This document shows, one piece after another, positions 40,836-51,838 of a DNA stretch of 64,000 nt. The first letter of the stretch is position 1, and each line of letters begins with the position of its first letter. Under the pieces are notes generated by a model, which was given only the letters and a program-made list of their open reading frames with translations, ran no database searches and had not been told where the DNA came from. The translations under genes were made by a program, and so were the position numbers. The stretch covers positions 82,894,001 to 82,958,000 of the forward strand of contig OX597822.1 in the NCBI GenBank assembly GCA_951406725.2, read 5' to 3'. The stretch is from Octopus vulgaris (taxonomy: Eukaryota).

Positions 40836-42106
40836 CTTTATTTCATTACAATTGCCACAAAGGCATATTACAGATGGAAGCTTGCGGGCTGGACACAGAC
40901 ACAATGATGATGATGAAATTAAAAAGGAGATGGTTGGTGGGAGAAGCAGACAACGTCCGTCGATTGTTGCTTACCAATAACATTGTTCTTTTTTTAAAAA
41001 AAAACTCAAATGAGGTATTAACCTCTTATAACAGTTACAAATTGAAACGCTGAGCCTCTTACCAATTAAATCTCTCAAAATTTCAGCAAATATATTCAAT
41101 CGTTCTTTCAACTTGAAGTGCTAAGACTCTTACCAAAATCACAAAGTTCCAGTCGAGGCACTAAGACCTCTTACTCTACCTCCCCGACTAAGTCTCTTGC
41201 CACATGCAGTCGCAAGTCGGGGCCCCATAAGAGATAATTGTATTCATCCTTGGTAAAGGAATCCATCACTCTGTAGAAATCATTTTCTGCCATGGCCCCC
41301 GCAGCCACCTGCGGAGGCCAATCCGGGCTTTCAATGCAGGACAGGACTTCCTCTTCTCGACCTTCCTCACGAAGTTCTCTACGGCCCCATCCCTTGAGAA
41401 AGAAGATCACAAATTCCTCATTTATTATACTGGCAGGGGCCACAGTTCCCTCCGTCGGTGGCACAATTTCCACCGACGTGGTTTTCAGGACATGTCGGCA
41501 GTATACTGCTAACCGCCGGCACTGCCCCATTCTTTTTCTTCTTTTTTTCTTCTCGTCTTTGATACGGGAGGGTGTGGTTCCTCTGCTTTAAGCGGAGGAC
41601 CTTCCAGTTTAACGTTACTGCCTGGCCTTTGGGTGCTTCTGGTGGAGTACACGCCGTAGCAAGTATTCGCGCCAGGAATTCGCACTCTTGACAGTTTTCG
41701 TAGAAATTGGCAGGTAACCAGAAATGAAATGGGCTTCCAGAAACCATTTAGCACGCTGGAAATTAGAAACGAAAGGAAAGAAAGAAGAATCAAATAAAAA
41801 ATCTGTTCTAAGAATCTTGAAACGATAAATGAAAGATTTAAAAGAATGAAGATAACATCTATCTGGGAAAGAAAAAAACAGGACAATAAACATGTGCTCC
41901 AGAGTAACAGCTTTTCATTTAGCAGTGTTGAGGGTTCTTGAAAAATCATTGGCGCTGCCCTTCCGCTTCTCAGCAAAGCACGTGAAAGGAAAAGAGTAAA
42001 ATAAAGAGCGAGGTACTTACAGAAAGAATTTGAAAAAAAAAACATAAGAGGGAGAGAGACGTAAAAAGGCGAACAAAGGAAAAGATATATATATATATAT
42101 ATATAT

Positions 42107-42139
<33 letters not shown>

Positions 42140-42569
42140 GGAGTAAGACTATGAGAACTATGATGGTCATGATGATGGTAAGGGATGATGATGATGACGG
42201 CGACGACACTGATTTATTCTCTAATCTCTGCATCCGCTCTTTCTGTTCCTTCCATTTCAGTCCCCCCCTTTCTCTTTCCCTCTTTCTTCCCCTCATTCTC
42301 CGAAACAATTTATAAGAACAGTTATAAATGAACGCTAAACATATTTTATTAGCAGTCATAAAACAAATGATATATTGACCCTTTCCAATTCTGTTCACTA
42401 CTTAACTGGCAGATTGTATTTGAATGTCACTTTTTTTCTCTCTCTCTCATCTTCTTTGTCTCTTATACTCATTCTTCTTTAATACCCATGTTTCTTTCCG
42501 TTCTAAATATCAAAATACAAGGTTCTTTTATTAAACATTCTTATTCTACAATAAACTAGAAAAGCACTC

Positions 42570-43319
42570 GGATCTTTTCACTTTGACCGGCAGATTTTTA
42601 AAATAATTTCTATGTAACTAAAAAATTTTAAACTTCGTATACTGGTAGAATGTGTTTATAAAACATCTTTTTCTCTTGGCTTTCTTGAGAAAATTCTGTA
42701 GTTTGTAACATATTTGTTGTTTAATTTCTTGCATTTCGGCAATTTCAACCAATCAATGACGTCTATTGAGGTGAAAACAATTTCTGCCGTAACATTTTCT
42801 GGCTGCGTCATATGAAAATGTGCCTGTTACATATTATATATTCGTTTAAGAAACAGATTGGGTTTATTTACATTTCTGAAGAAAAAAAAGATACCCTTCT
42901 CCCCACCCCTAACTCTAACCCTAAAACAGATTGAAATGCAATAGATCGATACTAGGGTCATAATTATGGGTGGACACTAAAGAAGGAACGGTTTTGTTAT
43001 CCAGCGTTGTTGACGAGTGACTCTTCAGTTTATGACCACAGGGTATCTTTTTTCTCATAAAAAACGGACATTTTCATGTGACGCCGCCAGAAAATGTTAC
43101 GGCAGAAATCGTTTTCACCTCAATAGACGTCATTGATTGGTTGAAATTGCCGAAATGCAAGATGTTAAACAACAAATATGTTACAAACTACAGAATTTTC
43201 GCAAGAAAGCCAAGAAAAAAAGATGTTCTATAAACACATTCTACCAGTATACGAAATTAAAAATTTTTTAGTAACATAGAAATTACTTTAAAAATCTGCC
43301 GGTTAAAGTGAAAAGATCC
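42570..43319. mobile_element. Non-autonomous DNA transposon, ~255-bp TIRs, 8-bp TSD (MULE/Merlin-like)
   Basis: Termini GGATCTTTTCAC/GTGAAAAGATCC; TSD aagcactc at 42562-42569 and 43320-43327. Confidence 0.9.
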
Positions 43320-43584
43320 AAGCACTCGGAAAGCGCAGACCTCTGCCAAGCAGCTCATTTCCACCCATATACACGCATGCTGAAAATCGCCCAATTTCCC
43401 AAACCAACGCCAGCAAAAACAAACTCCTTGGCGAGGTTTAAAAAAATCCTTTAAAAACAGGAATCAGCTGAAGCAGTTATAATACATCAATGACAACAGC
43501 AAGCTAGTTTCACAGCGGTGGTGGAGGGAACAAAGCCTGAGCTTTTTGAGTCGATCCAAATAATCAAGGCTTGTCATGTCATCC

Positions 43585-44308
43585 TCCGCAGACCTCCGCC
43601 AAGCAGCTCCTTTTAAGATAGATACGCGAGTAAAATTACTAATAGAGAAACGAAAATAAACTTTGGAAACAGCAACGCCACCATAGATTACGTGCAAACG
43701 ATGAACGTGTTTTCAAGGGAGATAATCAAAGAACGTAACATTGTAATACTTCATGTAGAAGAAATATAACAAATGAAAAATCCTTCACGAATCTCAACTT
43801 TTTGAGTTATTTTGCACACAGACAGACAAACCAACGCTGATGAAAACATAACATCTTTCGGATCTTTTCATTCCTGAAGCCAGTTTTTTCAAATTTTTCC
43901 TACTGAACCAAACAATTTGAAACTTCGTATACTGGTAGAATGTGTCAAAAGTAAACTTAATTGTAAACCAGAATGAAAACGGAATTGTAACTTCTAAGTT
44001 TAACATTGTTTAATAATTAGAATTTTGACCAATGGTATTCCGTCATTCGGCTTCATAGTATTTACTCCGTCTCGACCACCAATTTCGTGACGTATTAAAC
44101 ATGTGGTATCTGAAATGTAAACAAAACTATTTTCGAGTGAATACTCGGTGTATGTGTATCTGTATGTGTGTGTGTGTGTGTGTGTGTATGTATCTATGTA
44201 TGTATGTGTGTGTGTGTGTATGTATGTGTGTGTGTGTGTGTGTGTGTATGTAAAACTATAACGATGTTTAGTTTTTTCGAGTGAATACTCGGTGTATGTG
44301 TATCTGTA

Positions 44309-44397
<89 letters not shown>

Positions 44398-45447
44398 CTA
44401 TGTATGTATGTGTGTGTATTTATGTAGATCACTACATAATATTGTTTAATAATAAATTTGATACTTTAAATTTATAGAAATAAAATATTTATTATTTTTA
44501 TTTTTTTTATGATCAGTTGTAATAATAACTGAACCAACTGCTAAAAAGGCAAAACTGAAGAAATGCAAAGAAGATTTTATCATGTTTGGTTTTGTATCTG
44601 TAGACTCAAAACCTATGTATCTTGAACCCTAACCCCAAACACCAGGTGTACGTATTCTTTACTTTCACCTTTATATATATATATATATCGTCCGTAAACA
44701 TAAATCCGAAAAAAGAAGCCCACTCTAAGTTATAGAACAGTATATATTAAAGTTAGATAAGGCCGATTTATGGGATTGCCTTGGGTTTCACGTCCGTTCC
44801 CTACAAATATATAACATACTCGAGATGTTTTCAGGTTTACATATATATGTTTATCAAGTTCAAAATATGCCAGTTACAGGTGGGTCGATAAAACTAGTAC
44901 AAGTTATGAGCTGGAAATCTACAGCAACAGGCATTGGCCTATGCCAGAAGAATAATGAACCAATGTTAATATAATTACGGTGCTAGTGCAGTGCACTCAA
45001 TTATCCTGTTTGTTTACAAAGCAAATGATTCGGATGTGCACGAATAAAATTTTATCAAAGTAAATGATACGAGTCCACGTGTATAAAATATTAAGAACAT
45101 GTGGATACATGCGAAGAAAATAAAACAATATTCACATCAGTTTAGATTGTTTACAGTTTTCAAACGAACGTTAGTACGTCACAAAAGCGCTTTCTACGTT
45201 ACACTAAGAGAATGCAGTCAAGTTTTACACATGAAAACAAACAATCTGATTGGTTAAAATTCGCAGTTTTAATCTACGATTAAAGTCATAAAATAGATTT
45301 TTCTCAAATAAACTAGTTCCAACTTGTGTCTTGTTTTGCTAGACTCTATCAGCATACGAAGTTTCAAATTATTTAGTTAAGTAGAAAGATCTGTGGTCCT
45401 GGCTTCAAAAATGAAAAGATCCCATCTTTCTTTGGCGGAGGTAATAA
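43585..45447. mobile_element. Helentron-associated (HINE/DINE-like) element interrupted by the 43860 insertion
   Basis: gcagacctccgccaag at one end; gacagacaaa..gaaaacataac[insertion]ttggcggaggtaataa at the other; similar ends at 42554 (aactagaaaagcactc..gcagacctctgccaag) and ~43425 (ctccttggcgagg). Confidence 0.6.
43860..45422. mobile_element. Second element with GGATCTTTTCA termini, 8-bp TSD
   Basis: TSD catctttc at 43852-43859 and 45423-45430; imperfect ~90-bp TIRs sharing aaacttcgtatactggtagaatgtgt with the 42570 element. Confidence 0.85.
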
Positions 45448-45549
45448 CTTAAAAGCAACCAAATGATTAAAATTCAATATTCTAGTTGAATTATTATCAA
45501 GTAGAATAAAGCGGCAAATAGACTGAGCTTCAATGAATGAACTGAAATA

Positions 45550-45720
45550 GGCGCAGGAGTGGCTGTGTGGTAAGTAGCTTGCTAACCAACCACATGGTTC
45601 CGGGTTCAGTCCAACTGCGTGGCATCTTGGGCAAGTGTCTTCTGCTATAGCCCCGGGCAGACCAAAACCTTGTGAGTGGATTTGGTAGACGGAAACTGAA
45701 AGAAGCCTGTCGTATATATG

Positions 45721-45751
<31 letters not shown>

Positions 45752-45947
45752 ATGTCCCTCTAGCATTGCTTGACAACCGGTGCTGGTGTGTTTACGTCCT
45801 CGTCACTTAGCGGTTCGACAAAAGAGACCGATAGAATAAGTACTGGGCTTACAAAAGAATAAGTCCCGGGGTCGAGTTGCTCGACCAAAGGCGGTGCTCC
45901 AGCATGGCCGCAGTCAAATGACTGAAACAAGTAAAAGAGTAAAAGAG
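45550..45947 (+). mobile_element. Young full-length tRNA-derived SINE (second family)
   Basis: ggcgcaggagtggctgtgtggtaag (A box), ggttcagtcc (B-box-like), internal (TA)(TG) tract, (gtaaaaga)n tail. Confidence 0.9.
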
Positions 45948-46326
45948 TGATATATATATATTTTGGATTTGATTTACAAGATTCTTTATGTGAGTACGTG
46001 TATTGAAGCATATTTTGTTGTGTCAAGGGAGAGTCAGTCTCTATTTGTGACTTATTATTTAACACACTCACTGGTTCAGTTTTCACTCTCCAATAGTCGT
46101 TGACTGTCCGTTATCTGAGCTGCGCTCTTTTTGTTTGTTTGTGCACTTGTGTGGGTCAGTGTGCGTTCGCATACACATATGTATGTATACATGTGTATGC
46201 ATATATGTATGTGTGCTTGTCTGTTCATATTACCTGTGTACCTATCTATCTGTAAGTCTGTCAGTTTACATTCATATCCATATACATACGTACATCTACA
46301 CAACAGCCCACTAACTCTTCTACCTG

Positions 46327-46360
<34 letters not shown>

Positions 46361-46479
46361 ACTGTGGGTATAGGACTGTGACTACCAACTACGTATATTT
46401 CCTATTTACTACTGGGGATGTTTCATTTATTTGTCTGAGTGTTGGGTCCTTTGTTTGCTTGGATAAAATGCGGATGTCA

Positions 46480-46930
46480 AGTTGAGCTGGTTGCTCCATG
46501 TTGGTCTTTTGCACGTTGGTAGAGTACGGGGGACTGTTCTTTGTCGTCATATTGTCTCAAATTTTCATTTAGTCTTTCCGCAATGCTCCTAGATGTCTCA
46601 CCTGTGTATATCATGTTCTTGTCTTTACAAATACCTTCTATGCACCTTATGTTGTAGAGTACATTTCTAGTTCTACAGTTAATGCCAGGGTTAATCCTAC
46701 ATACCATGCAGTTATCATTGGTGCATATGTTATTCTCAAAGAGGTAGGTCCCACATAGTTGTGATCTGATGGAGCTCCCTGGCTTTTCAACGATCTTAAT
46801 GTTTAGTTTGGGCTTCTTCAGAGCTTTCCTAAATCTACGGGCTAGTTCTCCATGGGCTGCGTCTTCTACAAACATCACTCCTTGATATTTGTCGGTCTTG
46901 TACCACGTGTTCACCCTGTTTGCTTTATCA
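46480..46930 (-). mobile_element. Penelope-like element GIY-YIG endonuclease fragment
   Basis: CTNDNCMVC..NCRTRNVLYNIRC..C..IYTGETSRSIAERLNE: Cys linker plus the V.Y...C..C..YIGET.R...R..E PLE signature. Confidence 0.85.
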
Positions 46931-48236
46931 CAAACTCTTTGTATTTTATTCTGTTGACGTGAGTGCGCTATGGGAGTTGTCGTAAGGCAACGACACCGCC
47001 AAAATCCCGTTACAGACGGCTGATATGCCAAAACTTTTATCCTTTGCTCCGTCTGTTATACTGATTTCATCATTTGTACCCAGTTTATTTTTGATACTGA
47101 CAGACACACAGTTTTGTTTCATCACACATCGCCATGCTGTTTAAATTGTTGTTACATCTCTCTTTTCTCTGCTCTGTCGCCTTCCTCTCTGCAGGTTTGT
47201 TGCTCATCTTTTGCTCGGTGAACAGATTTATTTTTCATCTGTCCATTAGCTCCCCGATTTTATCAAGGACTGAGTTTAAGTATCTAGTTTTATACCCGTT
47301 TCTTCATGCATGCAACATTGCTTTCCCTTCCAGTTGTACGATTGCTTCTTTTCCAGGCGCCTTTCCATTATATATATATATATTACATACACACACACAA
47401 GTATATTTACATATACACACATATATTCATCTAATCTCTTACAAAATATAAGAACATATTTTCCAGTGTACCTTTCCCTAGTTTAAGACGAGAGTGCAAT
47501 CTGTGGGAATTTGGCTGTTGTATCTCGCAGGTCTAAACGTCCACGCAGAGGCCTTCCCTTCTAGACTCCAGACAGTCATTGCCGTGGTGGTGAATCTCAG
47601 CTCAGTTATAGTCGAACCAAACTAGAATGTAAAAGGTTTCTTTCTCGTGACAACCCCGTCGTTTGTACACTGTTTAATATAACTTTTATTTAAGATAGTT
47701 GGATGTGATCAGATAGAATGTTTGTCTTATATAGTCTCATAGTAAATAGTGAAAGAAGTTTGTTTCTTTACATCATAGGAGACGTCTACCTTCGTGTAGG
47801 GGTTGAGTTTTATATAACTTCGTTGAGGTGATTTTATCACACGCATATGTACATATAGATGCATCGTCATAATTGTTGCAGACAATTTGTAGATGTGTAT
47901 ATGTATGTGCGTGTCGTTCTAAGAATACTCAGACGAGAGAGAGAGAGAGGAAGAGAGAGAAAGAGTGAGTGAGAGGTGGTATAAATGATCATACGTGTAT
48001 ATGTGTGAGCATGTACGAGTTTATAAACAATACGCTAGTCAGCGTAAAAAGCGTAATTTACCATAAGATAAAAATTTAAACTTTCACAACAGAAGTGAAT
48101 CCCTCTGTGGGAGATGAGCAGTTTTCTCGCCGAATAATATAATTGCGTTAAAGATTTTGCTACGATATCCTAAGGATATAATAGCTGAAATCACGCAAGG
48201 CTAAACTGAACAATAGCCATTCGTGAAATATATATA

Positions 48237-48286
<50 letters not shown>

Positions 48287-48317
48287 TATATACACACACA
48301 CACACACATATATATAT

Positions 48318-48348
<31 letters not shown>

Positions 48349-48558
48349 TATATATATACATATACACACACACGCACATGCATACACCCACCACATATAT
48401 ATGTATGTGTGTATATATATATATGTGTGTGTATAAATATATATCAAAAGGATGTGTTATAATACTATTCCACATATACAAAAACAGTCATACAAACTAT
48501 CCAACATACCCCATCATCAACTGCTCCACGAATATGATTATGGCTTCGACACCTGGGC

Positions 48559-48669
<111 letters not shown>

Positions 48670-49174
48670 AGTGGAACCTTATTGCAATGACGTAAAACAT
48701 TATCAAACAGTTATTATCAAAATTAGTTGGATCCCAGCATATCAACATTTTGTTATAATCCCTACATCAACTTATTGCTTGTTAATACAATCTAAATGAA
48801 ACCATAAAAATGTTATCCAAATATGCGTGTGTGTGTGTATGTATATATATAAACATAATTAAAGGATAAAATCATCAAAATTAATGAGTTTTATCAGTGG
48901 TCAGCATATACAAAAAACCTTTAGGTAAAATATATGGTACAATTATACATAAGGGTACAGAAAATTTTAATGTTTAAATATGTTTTTTATGTTTAAATAT
49001 AACACATTCACTTCGGGTTAGTTTATTTACTTCCGTACTATTCTGGCAAAATACACGTGTGTTGAGGTGGGTTGCGAAATTCGATGCGTATATATTGGTG
49101 AATATTTGAATGTACTCGCATTTTGCATGTGCTTTTCTGTGAGTATGTATAAGTATTTTCATTTCACTCAGTAT

Positions 49175-49231
49175 GTTTTGCTGATGAAGGAAAAGTTATC
49201 AAACTAAACCAGAAATTGATCAATCCAAAAC
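49175..49231 (+). ncRNA. Minimal type-I hammerhead ribozyme motif
   Basis: GUUUUG-CUGAUGA-A GG..CC A-GAAA-UUGAUCAA-UC^-CAAAAC; 6-bp stem I, palindromic stem III; stem II weak. Confidence 0.6.
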
Positions 49232-49291
49232 TATCTGAAATATTTTAGGAATTTTTAGCCAGTCTGCTTTCTCGCTTTCACCCTGTGTATG

Positions 49292-49331
<40 letters not shown>

Positions 49332-49422
49332 CTTCTTCACTGTTCTCGTTCTGTTAACGTTTTGGCGTTCAGACGGGTGTACTGGCATAGATGTGGCAAC
49401 ATTTGAAATGTTGTCGAGGTAT

Positions 49423-49499
49423 ATGCAGCTGATGAAGACATACGTTGGCAAATATACGTTGGCAAACGTATTTTGAAGAGTCTGAAACCGGTACTGCAT
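49423..49499 (+). ncRNA. Type-I hammerhead ribozyme motif, intact core
   Basis: AUGCAG-CUGAUGA-AGAC..GUCU-GAAA-CCGG-UA^-CUGCAU; 6-bp stem I, 4-bp stem II, palindromic ACCGGU stem III, GUA cleavage triplet. Confidence 0.8.
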
Positions 49500-49685
49500 T
49501 ATCCGTTTCTAGGTTTTTCATTTTTCAGATGTTCTTCCTAGAGGTAAGACAATTTTTTTCATGTTTGTTGCACACACGCATCTTTACTAGTACATACGCA
49601 GTGAAGCTATACATTAGCGTCGTATTTATTACGTTCGCTATTTTCCAGTAAATATCGGTGCTTCGTTGTGCCATTTATTTACTTT

Positions 49686-49716
<31 letters not shown>

Positions 49717-50061
49717 GGAGTGAATGTATGCAGTGGTTAGGCGTATTTGGCATCTACTTTCAGAATATAGGCATGGTAGCTACTGTACCCTTAAGTATAA
49801 CTGTACCATATACAATCATCCCCGCTCTCTCTCTCATATATATATATATATATAAAAATTTGTAGTGTAATATATGGATTCATAAAATCATAAGGCTATC
49901 AAGGAAAGTACCTCTAGCGGATCCGGCTACCAGACCACATACTAATCCAAAACATGAAGGAGTATAATGCAGAGTTCCATACAGCTAAAATCCAGGAGAT
50001 CTATCGATGTAGTTATTTCATGATGAATATATAAACCACAAACTGTTAGAAAGCAAGAGAG

Positions 50062-50347
50062 GTGAATATATTTATATTTAACCACTTGTTATCCTTAGGG
50101 TTACGACCGTTTCGCAGCCTTCGTCATGTAATAATAATTTCAGTGTGTAATAAATTATTTTACATGTCTACACTAATATGCATGCTGATTTGGAATTATA
50201 CGCTTGAATTGTATAATGTGTGGCATGCACATTAGGGCAGACATGTAAACATAATATATTATACACTGAAATTATAATCACATGATGAAGGCTGCGAAAC
50301 GGCTGTAACCGTAGGGATGGCAAGTGGTTAAATATAAATATATTCAC
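50062..50347. mobile_element. Inverted-repeat module, each arm carrying a hammerhead-like motif (AUGANGA core)
   Basis: Arms ~50062-50186 and ~50223-50347; motifs at 50101-50131 (-) and 50278-50308 (+). Confidence 0.65.
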
Positions 50348-50376
50348 TTCGCATTCATACCTTCTTACTTTTTATG

Positions 50377-50426
<50 letters not shown>

Positions 50427-50690
50427 TACACACACAAAGTTGTTTGAGATAATATGGGAAGTACTCGGGTTTCTGCTGCATTGACACAAGAAAATTGATA
50501 GGTGAATAGCACAAATGGAGCAACAGGAACAAGACACGAACAAATGGCCAACATGAGTGATTAGGAAAGGTAGACAAAAATTCAAAAATTGATGGAAAAA
50601 AATGTAAATATGCAAAAAAAAAAAATAAAATAAAAGTTGTTTACAGTGAATGGCAAGCCGAAAATAGAAAAAAGCAAATAAAAAAAGCAG

Positions 50691-50722
50691 ACTGACATTT
50701 CGAGTGAACTCTTTATCAAAGT
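50691..50722 (-). ncRNA. Minimal hammerhead motif with U3-A8 core variant
   Basis: ACU-UUGAUAA-A-GAG UUCA CUC-GAAA-UG-UC^-AGU, inside a diverged inverted repeat (~50488-51043). Confidence 0.55.
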
Positions 50723-51040
50723 AGAGTAAGAGAGAAATAAACAAGAAAAGAAATGATACCTGTTTAAACCATGTGTGTATACACATGTGTTTCAGAAGGG
50801 TATCCTTCCTTTTCTTGTTTCTTTTATCTTACTTCTTACTCTAATTTGATAAGGAGTTTACCTGGCACATTGATCGTCTACTTTTTTCCTTTTCGTCGTA
50901 ACATTTTTGCGAATAACTTTTAATGATTTTTTTTTTGTTTATTCACATTCTGCTCATCACTTTTCTGACTTACTTTGTTGTAACTTCTCTCGTTTTCTAT
51001 CTATTCCCCTGGCTCCATTTATGCTTCATGCTATATCACC

Positions 51041-51088
<48 letters not shown>

Positions 51089-51199
51089 CAGGCATATATT
51101 TACATATATACAAGTGTGTGCTTACTGATGAGAGAATTGATGACTTGACAATCATGACTATTGATATAAAATAACCGAATTCCTTTATCTATGGAGATA

Positions 51200-51280
51200 A
51201 TGGGATTCAGAATGGTTCGTAGGTGGAGGAAATGTTTGAGAGCTTGGAGGCGGTCGGTGTGAGAGATGACAGTATAAACG
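51200..51280 (-). mobile_element. Short PLE RT relic
   Basis: VYTVISHTDRLQALKHFLHLRT resembles LYT.IPH..GL.AL..FL..R of PLE reverse transcriptases. Confidence 0.5.
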
Positions 51281-51753
51281 TACACACATACATATACAGA
51301 CACATATAGTAATAAATGTATATATATATACGTACATATATACATATCTATATGTAATATATATATATACATATATGTAGTAAGTGTTCATTATTATGCC
51401 TAAAATGTCGCTAAAATAATCTAAATGAAGTTCTGTCTATTACACATCCGCATACACGCACGCATTAAATTTAACGTAAGTGATGTCTGTAGTTTAAACC
51501 TGGCAGCTGAATGTAAACAAAGGTTTCTATCTCTCCCTGGAATCAAAATAAATAAATAAATAAAAAAGCTAAAAGTTTGGGATTATCCTGTCAAGTTTCA
51601 TGTCTGGTAATTCCTTAAGACTTACGGAGATATCGTAAACTTATGGGTATTTAGTATCAAACAGAAGCCATTAATACACACACTCTTATCTATCTATCTT
51701 ACCTTGTAATTTGTTCTGTCTGTGTGCAGCCCTGTGTGGCTAATAAAGAAACA

Positions 51754-51754
<1 letters not shown>

Positions 51755-51831
<77 letters not shown>

Positions 51832-51838
51832 ACTATCT
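51755..51838. repeat. (TATC)n microsatellite
   Basis: Direct reading. Confidence 0.95.

Noticed and set aside
51120-51160. CTGATGAG core as a hammerhead
   Set aside because: No correctly placed downstream GAAA or stem I partner.
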